A DNA stretch of 64,000 bases, from positions 130,324,001 to 130,388,000 of the forward strand of contig NC_042998.1 of the NCBI RefSeq assembly GCF_006345805.1. Reading direction: 5' to 3'. The position numbers and the translations under genes were made by a program. The notes beneath the pieces were generated by a model, which saw only the letters and a program-made list of their open reading frames with translations, did no database searches and was not told the origin of the DNA. This document shows positions 13,589 through 27,216 of the stretch, piece by piece (positions within the stretch are counted from its first letter, which is position 1; every line of letters begins with the position of its first letter). This DNA comes from Octopus sinensis. Lineage: Eukaryota.

Positions 13589-14454
13589 TTATTTGAAATA
13601 TATTTGGGTCCCAAATTTATCTCAGTAGAAGAGAAAATCAGAATACACACACTCAATTATCCGACTATACGATGTGATTTACAGACTGGGATTTTATCTA
13701 GGCATGAATCTAAGCATCAGATAAATACGTGAACATCTTATAACTTAATGCATGGCATGCTAGAAATAGAGCCAATTTTTTCTCATAGCAGATTATTGAA
13801 TAATGTATTTCTTGATATGACAAAAAAGATGAGTTCAACATCAATATAATGCATTTGTCATAGGTTACTCAAATCAGAAATGCCCAGTTGTGAAATAAAC
13901 AAAATAACCATCGTATATTTCATCAGCTTCCACATTCTCCAGCATACCGAACACCTCTTTAGGCAATAGGGTGTGATTTGAGTGATGGGTTTCATTGTTT
14001 GCTCGCAGGAACTTCCATTATTTATTTACAGAAAGGTGGTGTGCTGGCAGAATACTTAACGGGAAAAAAAAGCGCAGAAACTACTTGTATTCAGACAAGC
14101 TAACAAAGGGCCCTCTATGCCGACTTGACTTGCTAAATTTATCAGCCAAAATTTTCTCTAGAACCACACCCAATCATCTTAACATAAAAGAAAATATTGT
14201 CAATTACATCCTCCCCACCTTCCCCTCAAAAGAACTTATAACCAGCAGCTGTATCATTACTTCTTCTACGATAACCATGCAGATCACGACTAAAATTTCA
14301 GAAAGTGAAAGTCATATGCAAAATAATCATTTTGTTTGTTGGGGTGGGGTAGTTGTGATAAAATATGGTCAAATACTGTATAAATAGCATCAAATAGATC
14401 CCTTCCTCAAAATTGCTGGTCTCATGCCTATATAAGAAAACTTTTTTTGCTAAG

Positions 14455-14678
14455 GAAAGGTATCGGAATGGCAGAATAATAACTAAGAGTATTGGAAAAA
14501 ATGTTTCGCATTATTTGTTCCGGATTTTAAGTATCTGAGTTCAAATCCTGCATAGATCAACTGTGATTTTTTTCATTCTAGGATAGATTAAATACTTTGT
14601 CAGAGAAATACCCCGGTCGATGTCATCGAATAAGACCTTCCTTCGAAATTCAGAACTTATTACTAAATCAGAAACAAT
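14455..14678 (+). mobile_element. Old diverged SINE copy
   Basis: tggcagaat...ctgagttcaaatcc B-box...ggtcgatgtcatcga, collinear with the 35488 family. Confidence 0.55.
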
Positions 14679-14802
14679 TATATGTTTAATGAATACAAGA
14701 AATGCAAAGTATAAATGAACTAAAGAAATATAAATACACAAACATCCACATGGATAAACATTCGTACAAACACACACGCACGCACACACACACACACATA
14801 CA

Positions 14803-14840
<38 letters not shown>

Positions 14841-15064
14841 TATTTTCCGAGGTAATCGAGTAAGAGTGAAAAGGATGAACTTGGAAAATATATATATAAA
14901 AAAAAAAATTAAAGAGAGAAGCATGAAAAAGAACGAAAGAAAAATATAAATAGTGAAATAGGAAAAAAGAGGAATGAGAGAAAGAGAGAGAGAGAGAGAG
15001 AGTAATGCTAAACAAAGGAATAAGTATACGACCGACCACGGATTTGACCGGAATTTAAGAATGT

Positions 15065-15076
15065 AGTGACGTCACT
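15065..15076. promoter_or_regulatory. Perfect extended CRE palindrome AGTGACGTCACT with nearby reverse CCAAT boxes
   Basis: Motif match only (TGACGTCA; attgg at about 15083 and 15124); no associated gene seen. Confidence 0.25.
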
Positions 15077-15340
15077 CCCTGCATTGGGCCGCTCATATCC
15101 TCTTCATTTCACATTTATCTTTGATTGGCTAAAGTTAGAGATTGAGATAGAGCTAAAACGGATGTGGATATGCAAATTCACTTAACACAGATACTACAGA
15201 GGTCAATGCTCTGTATTCTTTTGGTGCAGTGTATCGACGATATGCGGAGTATATCATCAACAAATTGCAAATATACACAAACGTGCTTACTCGGTATTCC
15301 AATAGGATTGTGTGTGTGTGTGTGTGTACGTGTGTGTGTG

Positions 15341-15344
<4 letters not shown>

Positions 15345-15433
<89 letters not shown>

Positions 15434-15515
15434 GTGTATATATATGCATATATATGTATATATATGTATATATATACATATACATATATATATGTATATA
15501 TATGTATGTATATAC

Positions 15516-15570
<55 letters not shown>
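15345..15570. repeat. (TA)n-rich microsatellite block, one of many (also 16160-16400, 23440-23748, 24085-24170, 35712-35877, 63150-63232)
   Basis: Directly visible. Confidence 0.95.
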
Positions 15571-15574
<4 letters not shown>

Positions 15575-16156
15575 TGTATGTATATATATGTATTTGTATC
15601 TATGTGTATGTGTGTGTGCCTACATATATACATACATGCAAATATATATACATATTTCTTTGTGTGTGTGTGCGTGTGCGTACTTGTGTGTATGGCTGGT
15701 GTGTGTTTTAGGGAAAGGAGTGTTGAATCTATGGAAGAAAAAAATGTTTCCTCATAAGCAGATGTGGGAAAGATGAAAGTGTAAAGTATAAAATATGAAG
15801 AATAATGCCATTTTTTAGGAACCTACAAAACAACAAACACATGAGCGAGCGGATACATGGTTACATGTGTAATTTCACGATGCTAATACTGTGTATATAA
15901 GTGTGTGCGTACGAGTGTGTGTGTGTGTATGCGCGTGCGTACGTACATGTGTTTGTGTTATGTGTGGGTGCGTGTGTTCGTGTGTGTGTGTATGTGCATG
16001 CGTATTAAAATGTATGTGGGTAAATGTGAGTGAATTTTAAACAAATTTTCACATATCTCCGCATAAGTAGAAGCAGGTAAATATTTGCATATATTTACAC
16101 GTGAGATATGTATGTATATATGTGTGTGTATATATAGATATAGGTATGTACATAGT

Positions 16157-16221
<65 letters not shown>

Positions 16222-16316
16222 ATATATATATAAATATGTATATATATAGTATGTATATGTTCCTATAAATATGTATGTACATATATATATACAGTATATA
16301 CATGTACCTATATATA

Positions 16317-16404
<88 letters not shown>

Positions 16405-17080
16405 ACAACTGCATATTTAACGCCATATATACACACTTACATATTACTATATACATAGAAGTACACACAAACACAGATACACACACGCACTAACTCACAT
16501 ACATGCGCACGAGTACACATGCACACAGAGAGAAACATTATCAAATGTATATCTATACTTGCTTGAGAAATATGCATATTTATATCTAAAAACAGTTTAT
16601 ATAGGGTAACATTACATAAATAAACAGATAACTTATAGTGTGTAAAATCTCGCACACAAAACACACGTGCGCACACACGAACACAAACATGCAACGTACA
16701 CAGACACACACAGGCACGCGCGCATACACACACACACATATTAGTGTGTCTGTATGTGATTGTAAGTGGGTGGGTGAAACTTGGTATGTCTGAATAAACT
16801 TTATTCATTGCAGAATATAAACAGATATTTTACAGCCGTCATAAACACACGGGGATTAAGATACGTGGAGAAAACCCGAACCAACACAAGAACTATTTTT
16901 CGTTGTCTCTCTATCTCACGTGTAATACTCACACTACCTCACGTTTATAAATATATGTCCAACTCCTATGGATTCAAAGAATCATGCATCTACCACAGAA
17001 ATCTCCCCATACGGACTCGGCTACCTGTCTACATAGTAATTAATTACGAGGTAGTACAATGTAATGTAGTATAGTGTGCA

Positions 17081-17399
17081 TACTCTTTTACTCTTTTACT
17101 TGTTTCAATCATTTGACTGTGGCAACGCTGGAGCACCGCTTTTAGTCGAGCAAATCGAACCCAGGACTTATTTTTGTAAGCCTAGTACTTATTCTATCGG
17201 TCTCTTTTGCCGAACCGCTAAGTTACGGGGACGTAAACACACCAGCATCGGTTGTCAAGCGATGTTGGGGGGGACAAGCACAGACACACAAACATATACA
17301 TAAACATTTATACGATGGGCTTCTTTCAGTTTCCGTCTACCAAATCCACTCACAAGTCTTTGGTTGGCCCGAGGCTATAGTAGAAGACACTTGCCCAAA
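17081..17399 (-). mobile_element. Octopus-type SINE, 5'-truncated
   Basis: Joins the 3' portion seen at 4203-4408 and the middle portion seen at 6271-6357. Confidence 0.88.
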
Positions 17400-17963
17400 T
17401 AAAAATTTTGAATATCCGACTATCCGAGCAATAAAGTCAAGAGGTACGAGCCTTAAATGTAGATTTATTTAACCATGTAACTTCCATAAGAATATGGGCA
17501 TTTCATAACTTCTGTGTAATACTAATTTCAGAACTCCAGAACATCGAGATTACCGCAACAGCTGAAATCTAAATACACAAACAATTAACTCTTTCTATGT
17601 TCAAGAAATGGAAGGCCAGAATATAAGTTGTTGGTGTGATGAGCAACGTTTGTTAAACTGCTTTTATATGTGAACGTACAACTGTATTGTAAAACCTGAC
17701 CATCTATATTAATACTAACATGTACAGATAATTTGTCGTATGCTGAAATTAATACTAAATGAAGAGGGTTACAAAGGGGCCTTAGTCCTATGGCAGTCAC
17801 GTGGTTCAATAACTTTATATTTATTTCTCATCATTCCTGATTTTATCTATGTATGGATGTATGTATGTGTATGTGAGTGTATGTATGCATATATATAGGT
17901 ATATATATCTGTCTCTCTCTCTATATATAAAGTACACACATGTGTATGTACATACATAACTCC

Positions 17964-18027
<64 letters not shown>

Positions 18028-19230
18028 GTGTGTGCATGTGTGTGTAAGTCTGTGTATGCATGTGTGCATGTGTATGACAATAAATGTAGGTTGGAATGAA
18101 TTTACAAAACTTTTTTTACACGATAGCACATTGTATATATTATAAACCTATAATATAGTTCGTTGTATTTTAAGGTTACAGAAAGAAATACTGTTGCATT
18201 GCTTGCATTTGAATAAGCATCAGAATATATACACAGTAATTAAGAGCCCAAATCATAACAGCTCTTTAAACTCCAACACGTTATTACAAAACTCCAACAC
18301 ATTATTACATTGCATGAACTCTCTTTGTAATCCACTTGGCTAAAACATACTTGGTTAACACATACTTGGCTAAAAGAAGCTTTCAGAGCAACACATTTAG
18401 AATAAAAAGCGGAAAATATGTATTTCATATAGAGCTTATAATTTAATTGTCCTCCATAGCTGTTTCATAAACATGCTTAATTCCATAACTGCGTAATGGA
18501 GAATTTTAAAATAATTAATTAAAATTAATTATGTGTCTTAATTATCAAATAATGGAATTAATGATGTTTATGCTAATACAACACCTGTTGAAAATAATTA
18601 AATTATAGATCACATGTAGAATTTATGCTTTTTTCTACATTTTGATTTTATTATAAATACATACATAGATACAATTTTCTTTGTTCGGTATTGGGTTAAT
18701 GATTCCTATAGGATATATTGAGTGTTGCTTCTGCTAATCTTCTGTAAGAAACTGTCCAACTAGGTTTTTATGGCGTTTTATTCATGTCCATATTTGTGGT
18801 TGATATTTCATTACACTCTCTTTTGTTGTTCAGAAGAATCAAAGTTTCAGGTTCCGAATAAATTTATATATCGATGTCATGTTATTAGATACTGATCACT
18901 GAACAATATCAAGGTTTGCGCAAATTATTAGCATTTCCTGCGTTTGACGGGAAGGGTCCGAAATAGGGGAAAATTTCACTTCTTACAGTTTGTTAGTCTT
19001 TGTGAGTTGATGAACTCTGTTGCAGGTAGATGAATTCAGTTTTTCATTTTATCAAATACAGGCCAATTTTAGTAGGTGCAATTTCCATCCTTGTTTCAGT
19101 GGATGATCGCTTTCAAAAAGATCCGATTATGCCCCAGTATTTAGTCTAATAATATTCTGATCTGATTGGTAGAACGAGGATTAATAGATATTCGTTAATG
19201 AGAGGAATAAGCACATATGATATAGCCTTT

Positions 19231-19552
19231 ATGATGGTGCATGGGGAAACCCCGTCGGATGTCGCTAAATAAACAGCTGAGAAAAACGATGTCAAAATCA
19301 AAATTCTGATGAAACAGGCCCAGAAATGATACTTCATTCTTTAATAGAAATACTTAAACGTATATGTATTACAAAAAAAAAAAAAAGCTTGATGTGGGGT
19401 CATTTTTCACCACGATCTTAATAGGTATTTCTATTAAAAAAAAAACCGAAACTTGATTTTGTACCTTGTTTCATCGGTGTTTTGATGTTGACCTCGCTTT
19501 TCGCAGTCGTTTCTTTAGCGACATCCAACGTGTTTTTCCCGTGTGCCATCAC
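19231..19552. mobile_element. MITE-like fold-back element (arms about 125 bp)
   Basis: 19231-19355 is the diverged reverse complement of 19419-19552 (ggatgtcgctaaa / tttagcgacatcc; gatgaaaca / tgtttcatc). Confidence 0.6.
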
Positions 19553-19881
19553 ATACCACTCGATGGTATGGAAGTTCCCCTAGGATACATGGTCTAGATG
19601 AACACGCCACATAATGCGTTTAAAATTCATTCCACGGCATTGACATAGATCTATAAAAATCTGCCTGCAAATATACACAAACATGCTTACTTAAAATATA
19701 TTTCTGTGTGCGCCGTATTTGACTCGAAGTTACGCTAAAAATAATAATTTCGGGTAACGCGTTTAATGAGCGGAGTTAATAAAAGTAAAACAAATCATAT
19801 TTAAAGCAATAAGATATAAATTCAGTTAATAAAACGTAACACTGTTTTAGTTTTGCAATACAGTTTATGTAAAGAGTGAAT

Positions 19882-20168
19882 GTTCGTGGCTTCGTGGTTG
19901 GCGTATTCAGATTGGTGTTGAGTTCAATTCTCGGCGAAGCGTTGTGTCTTTGAGCAAGACACTTTATTTCATGCTGCTCCAATCCACTTAGCTGGTAAAA
20001 ATGTGTTGTACCTATAACACGTACGGCCAGCCTTGTCACACTCTGTGTCACGCTGAATCATCCAGAGAACTACGTTAAGGGTGCAAGTGTCTGTGGAGTG
20101 CTCACTGCGTTAATTCCACGATGAAGGTTCCAATTGGAACCTTCATCGTCCAAGCCGACGCAGTGGCA
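19882..20168 (+). mobile_element. tRNA-derived SINE with CORE-like block
   Basis: gtggcttcgtggtt A-box, gagttcaattc B-box, gtgtctttgagcaagacactt CORE-like motif. Confidence 0.75.
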
Positions 20169-20555
20169 GCAGGTAAAGAGAAAGATAATCTTACTATTTC
20201 CAACGTACTTCCGCTGATGAAGAGTTCGTATTTACTTCTAGGATCATCAGCTTGCCAGGAACGCAAGGTATCCGGACGTAACTATAAACGGTTCGTATAT
20301 TTCTTGTACTAGAGTGCTTAAATATGTATTCAAGTGTGTCCTTTTTTTGTAATAGCGATATATGCATCATCTGATGTATATGCATATGCATCAAACCTGC
20401 ATACTTTTATATATTTACACATGTTTATATAAATAAGAGTATCAACATATGTGAGTGTGTGTGTGTGTATAGTGCATGTATATATGTTTCTTTATTACCC
20501 ACAAGGGGCTAACGAATTAACCAACAAGAAAGAAGTGATACTGAACCAGTGCGTG

Positions 20556-20556
<1 letters not shown>

Positions 20557-20610
<54 letters not shown>

Positions 20611-20621
20611 TATTATTATTA

Positions 20622-20682
<61 letters not shown>
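20557..20682. repeat. (ATT)n microsatellite
   Basis: Directly visible. Confidence 0.95.
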
Positions 20683-20683
<1 letters not shown>

Positions 20684-21480
20684 GGCGTAATGACCTCCTC
20701 AAACACAAAATTTGCTTTGACATAAGAATTCATACTAAGAATGTTAGAAACGAAATGCAAAACGAAGTGTGTGCGTAGGCATGCATGTATGGGTGTATGT
20801 ATATGTGTATGTATGTATGTATGTATGTATGTATATATTGATATCAATACATAGACACATACACATACATACACGCATGCACGCACACAACTACATATAT
20901 TTATATATATTGTTTGTTGAAATTCTGATAAAAAGACATGTGTATCAATAAAAAATACAAAATGAGAAAATTTGATCGTCTAAGTCGAGCACCTGACTTA
21001 ATATACTAAGGAGGTAAAGGAAAGACAATAAATACAATTTACATAAGTATACAATATGAAAAAAAAGAGAAGACTGGATATTATATATAAACTGTTTCTT
21101 CTACAGAAGAATTCCTGTATGAAAATATCCTCCTCAGTGTCAGAACTTTGCAGCTAAATAACGCTAAGACTCATTTCTCTTACTTGCATAGCAGTCAGCT
21201 AGTGAACATTCCACAAACGAGGTGCTAACCCATTAGCTCACACCTTCACAAACCACAAAACCAAACTGATCTACTTTCACATCACGCCTATCATCTCTTT
21301 CCACCAAAACCGCACTTCCTTGTTCTTTTACCGTCATATATTTTTTTTTCTGTTTAATCCGATTACTGTTATTGTTTTCCTGGATACCATTATTGATTTT
21401 GTCGTTGCTGTTCTTGGTTTTTGAAACATATACATTTTTACAACGGTTCTTATATAGTATGTGGCAAAGGCAAGTTAAAC

Positions 21481-21491
21481 AGTGACGTCAC
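21481..21491. promoter_or_regulatory. Second perfect CRE motif (AGTGACGTCAC)
   Basis: Motif match only. Confidence 0.2.
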
Positions 21492-23016
21492 GTAAACGGC
21501 AACACTAGTATTTCACTCGTGTGCTGTACACATGTTCAATATGCGTATGTACAGATTTGCACACATGCCCATATGAGGAATGCTGCATGCTTTTGAAAGA
21601 TCGGTAGTCAGTTTTCGACTTGCTGATTTTCCTCACATTCATGAGTATGTGGGATAGTGAAGCTCAGAGAAGAGTTCATCTAAAATATTTCTTGTCGCCA
21701 TTAAGCATTGCACAGCATGCAAATAAAGTTGGCTCTTCTGAATAAGTCATAACCAATCACATAGGCTTCCAGAATATTTTAGTCAGGCAAATTTGACTGA
21801 AAACGCATGGGTTAAAGCGACGGCATTTTAATGGAAAACAGCCCAAAATGGCACAAGATATTTTATACTGGTAACTACGATTGAGAAGCGAACGTTTAAA
21901 TCATACACACGCGTCTGCACTCCACGTACATACATATACATATGAAGAAACATGTATACTCAAAAGCACATATATACGCAAAAATATGTATACACACTTA
22001 TACACACTCTCACACATACACGTACACAAACATACATATACATACAAAGATAGATTCATAGGTCTCCACACATCCATATGTATATACGTATTTATGCATG
22101 CATAAATGTATGTATATATACGTTTGTACACACACAAACATATATACGCACATATATATAACATATATATATGCATACACATATACACACACTTTTATAT
22201 ATCCATATATACAGATCTAGGTTACATGCGCATACAATTTAATGTAAGTACATGTACATGTATACACATTCCTCCCACTATAGATATGCAAGAACACGCA
22301 CACACACATACACACACACACACATATATAATACATGCATACACACACATATATATACATACACACATGTATATGTGTGTGTATATTTATATGTGTATAT
22401 GTGTGTGCGTGTGTGTGTGTGTGTCTATGTACATATCCTGGCACCATCAGTACAACTAGACACACACACACACACACAAACTCATACATATAAATATATA
22501 AGCACGTATTTATATGTTGACACACATATGTATATAATGGATATATACATTAATATATTCTGCAGAGTGTGGGTTGAATATGATATTCGTACAGTTCTAA
22601 AGAATGCTACGTGAATATTTGTTATCTATCGGTCGCACTTGCTTGCTTATATGATAAGCACTTTAGCAGTTAACACCAAAAATTTCCTTCGCTGTCCTCA
22701 AATCGTGCGAGAATTTGTCATATTTTTATAGAATTGTTTCTTCTCCTTCCTCTTTCTCTTATAACGGTTCCACACACTTTCCAGTCATTCATTTTTACTC
22801 CTTCCCCCTGCTTCTCAAACAGTCAAATAACCTTGGTATCCTTGTCTCTTGTTCCCCGCTCGCTCTCGCTTTCTTTGTCCCCCTGCTTTTCTATCAGAGT
22901 AGCTTGTCTTCAACGTACTTTCACCTGATATTCTGTTTCTCTCTTTTGCCTTTCATTATACAGTTACTCACATGCATCCATGTACAAGTGTATATATATA
23001 TATAATATATATATAT

Positions 23017-23050
<34 letters not shown>

Positions 23051-23498
23051 ATACATATATATATGTATGTATGTATGTATGTAAGTATGTATGTATGTAT
23101 GTATGTATAGATGCATATACACATATAGAACAAAATAATACAATGAGACACACAATGTGTATATGTCGGTATAGAGACACATGTCTGTATAGAGACAAAT
23201 ATATTTAAAAACATATGCAGATATTCATACATATACATATGGATATGAAACTAGATATAATAAGTTTAATAACCATGCATATAGTCTTGCTGTGAAAATA
23301 TACTTTTAACAGTTCACAGTATATTTTAACTCTGATGTGGTATATGATTTCGAATACTTATAAAAATCAACTTACTGTAGGTATTACACACGTGCTCACG
23401 TACACACACTCAAAGATACACACGCACACACACACACACATACATATATATATACATATATAAATATGTATGTATATATATATGAATGCATATATATG

Positions 23499-23704
<206 letters not shown>

Positions 23705-23762
23705 TATACACATATATATGCATTCATATATATATATATATATATATACTGGCAGTATCTAT

Positions 23763-23978
23763 CTTATTTCTTTATTGCACACAAGGGGCTAAACATAGAG
23801 GGGACAAACAAGGATAGAGAAAAGGATTAAGTCGATTACATCGACACCAGTGCGCAACTGGTACTTAAGTTATAGACCCCGAAAGGATGAAAGGCAAAGT
23901 CAACCTCGGTGGAATTTGAACGCAGAACCTATATACCGCTAAGCATTTCGACCGGCGTGCTAACGTTTCTGTCTGCCA
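23763..23978 (-). mobile_element. SINE, same family as 35488-35709
   Basis: Near reverse complement of the 35488-35709 copy. Confidence 0.88.
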
Positions 23979-24079
23979 GTATCTATCAGGCACGCACATA
24001 TATGTACATATATTTGTGTATGTGCATTTCTGAGTGCTCCTGTGTGTGATTCTAAGTTATTGTATACATGTATACATAC

Positions 24080-24170
<91 letters not shown>

Positions 24171-24419
24171 CATATATGTATATGCATATATATACATACA
24201 TACATATCTAGATGTGTGTGTTTATGTGTGTATTGACAATTTCCATATGGAGTTGATACATATATTTTATGTATGTCTCCAAATATTTACATACATATGT
24301 CCGCTAAAATATATATACACAAATACATGCACCCTTACATACATATATATGTGTCTATGCAGATATATATACACATATATATATATATATGTACCTATAT
24401 ATATATACATATACATACA

Positions 24420-26718
24420 ATGGAACAATGTTGTAGACAGGGTTATTAGAGAAAAGAGAGAGGCTTGGAAGAACTGGAAGAATGGTGGTAGCAGGAAATC
24501 GTATCAGACTGCTAGAAGAGAAGCTAGGAGACAGGTTTATTTAGCCAGAGGGGAAGCAGATAAAAAAATTGCCAATGTTCTGCGCCGTGAGGACCAAAGA
24601 CTTGAGGTATTTCGTGTTGCAAGACAGTGTGTTAGAGAGAATATCGGCGTTGTAGGAGAGAAATGTGTCCACATGGATGATGGTTCTCTTGCACTAAATG
24701 AGGCTGCAAAGAGAGAGGTTTGGAGACGCCACTATGAAAGGTTGCTGAACAAGGAGAATGAATAGGAGAGAGAGAGTCTGCCGATTATCGATCCAACAGT
24801 GGGACCAGCTATCCGAGTTGACAGTACCTTGGTAGTTAAAGAAATTAAAAGTATGACGACAGGCAAAGCCCCAGGCCCTTCAGGAATTACTGCAGAGATG
24901 CTCAAAATATCTGGCAGTGTCGGCATTAGCCTGGTCACCCGAATAGTTAACCAAGTGATACACGAAGAAGTCATACCCAATGATTGGTGTAGCAGCACTA
25001 TATATAGTCAACTGCTACAAAACAAAAGGAGACGCTTTAGATACAAATAATTACAGAGGTATCAAGCTCTTGGCAACGAGTACAGTGAAGAATTCCGGGT
25101 AGAGGTAGGGGTCCATCAAGGTTCAGTCCTCAGCCCCCTCCTATTCATCATAGTTCTCTAGGCAATAATGGAGGAATTCAAGACAGGATGCCCCTGAGAG
25201 CTCCTTTGCTGATGACCTTGCTCTAATTGCTGAGTCACTAACAGAATTAGAGGGGAAGTTTCAAGTGTGGAAACAAGGATTAGAATCGAAGGGCTTTAGA
25301 GTCTACCTAGCTAAGACAAAAGTTCTAATAAGTAGGAAGGCAGGCAAACCACAAATCCCTTCAGGTAGATGGCCCTGCTCGATCTGTGGAAAAGGCGTAG
25401 GTAGAAACGCTATAAGATGTACCCAGTGTAATCTATGGACACATAAGAGGTGCAGCAATATCAAAGGAAGGCTAACTGGGAGGATAGTTTTCATATGTAG
25501 CAGATGCTCGGGAGCTATAAATAACACTGAAAATGTGCAGAGAACAACTTCCGCCACATTCTAGGAAGAAAAACTAGAAGTAGTTGATAGCTTCCGTTAA
25601 GTAGGTGACCAAGTCAGTAGCGGGGGAGGGTCCACTGAAAGTGTAACTGCTAGAATAAGAACAGCCTGGCCTAAGTTCAGAGAGCTCTTACCTCTGCTGG
25701 TGACAAAGGGCCTCTTGCTTAGAATAAAAGGTAGATTGTACGACGCATGTGTACGAACAGCCATGCTACATGGAAGTGAAACATGGGCCGTGACTGCTGA
25801 GGATATGCGTAAACTCGTAAGGAATGAAGCCAGCATGCTCCGATGGATGCGTAATGTCAGTGTGAATACTCGACAGAGTGTTAGTGCCCTGAGAGAAAGG
25901 TTGGACCTAAGTGTGTGTGCAAGAGGAACGACTGCGCTGGTATGGTCATGTGGCGAGAATGGATGTGGTTAGCTGTGTGAAAAAGTGCCACACCCTAGCA
26001 GTTGAGTGAACTTGTGGAAGAGGAAGACCTGGGATGAGGTGGTGGAGCATGACCATCAAATATTGGGCCACACCGAGGCAATGACTAGTGACCGGGACCT
26101 CTGTAAATATGATGTGATGCAGAAGACTCGGCAAGCGCAAGTGTGACCATAACATTGCGGCCTATGCTAGGGGTGTAACCAGCTCACTTATGCGTGCCTT
26201 TTCTTCATTGGACACTAAACTTTGCTTGCGAAGACCAGTTGAGGCAAGTGAAATCGAAGTCGAAATCAAACTCGGTGACTGGCATCTGTTGCTAGTGGAG
26301 CGCTAAGAGTACCATACGTGTGAGATCGTTGCCAGAGCAACAAGCTGGCCTTCGTGCCGATGGCACGTTTAAGCACACCATTCGAATGTGATCGTTACCA
26401 CGTCGCCTTACTAGCACTTCTGCTGGTGGTACGTGAAACATTCGAGCGAGGTCGTCGCCAGTGCCGCTGGACTGGTTCCTGTGCAGGCGGCACGCAAAAA
26501 GCACCATTTGGGCGTGGCCGTTGCCAGTACCACCAAACTAGCCCTCATGCCGGTGGCACGTAAACGCACCTACTACACTCTCGGAGTGGTTGGCGTTAGG
26601 AAGGGCATCCAGCTGTAGAAATTCTACCAGATCAGATTGGGGTCTGGCTCACCAGACCTCAGGCAAATCGTCCAACCCATGCTAGCTTGGAAAGCGGACG
26701 TTAAAGGATGATGATGAT
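24420..26718 (+). mobile_element. RTE-clade LINE, 5'-truncated, internally deleted, disrupted RT
   Basis: GKAPGPSG, YRGIKLL, VGVHQGSVLSPLLF, ADDL, a Cys/His finger (CSICGKGVG...CTQC..W.HKRC...CSRC), LHGSETW, WYGHV; (GAT)n 3' tail; stops and frameshifts. Confidence 0.92.
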
Positions 26719-27216
26719 ACATAGATACATATATATAAACTTATATAAATAAGGATAAGATCGTTATTTAAATATCGAACTTATCAAATGGCCAGCATGG
26801 GAATAAAAACATTCAAAGGTAATAATTACTATTAAAATTATAATTTAGGATATCTAAGAGATACCTCCACATTTAATGAAGTTTTAGAGTCAAGTTTTGG
26901 CTGCTATTTCCATCGTGGAGGTATCTCTTAGATACCCTAATTTATAATTTTAATAATAATTATTACCTTTGAAGGTTTTTATTCCTATGGTGGCCACTTG
27001 ATAAGTTCGATAGTTAAATAACGATCGTATCCTTATTATATTAATTTATATATTTATTTCGTCATTATATTTACTGCGATAACTTTGACCATATCGCACG
27101 AGGAGTTTTAGGCGGGCAATTTAAACTGGCCGTGTGCATACGTGCATATATATGTATGTATACGTTCGTATATGTAAGTATCCGTAGTTTAATATATATA
27201 TATATATATATATATA

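Noticed and set aside
18255-18380. Short direct repeats (actccaacac.ttattaca x2, acttgg.taa.acat x3)
   Set aside because: Local slippage-type duplications; no unique spacers, so not CRISPR-like
19304-19320. CTGATGA in the fold-back arm
   Set aside because: No stem II or GAAA geometry; the opposite arm reads CCGATGA
20213-20252. CTGATGA and its reverse complement 23 nt apart
   Set aside because: No GAAA box; only an 8-bp inverted repeat
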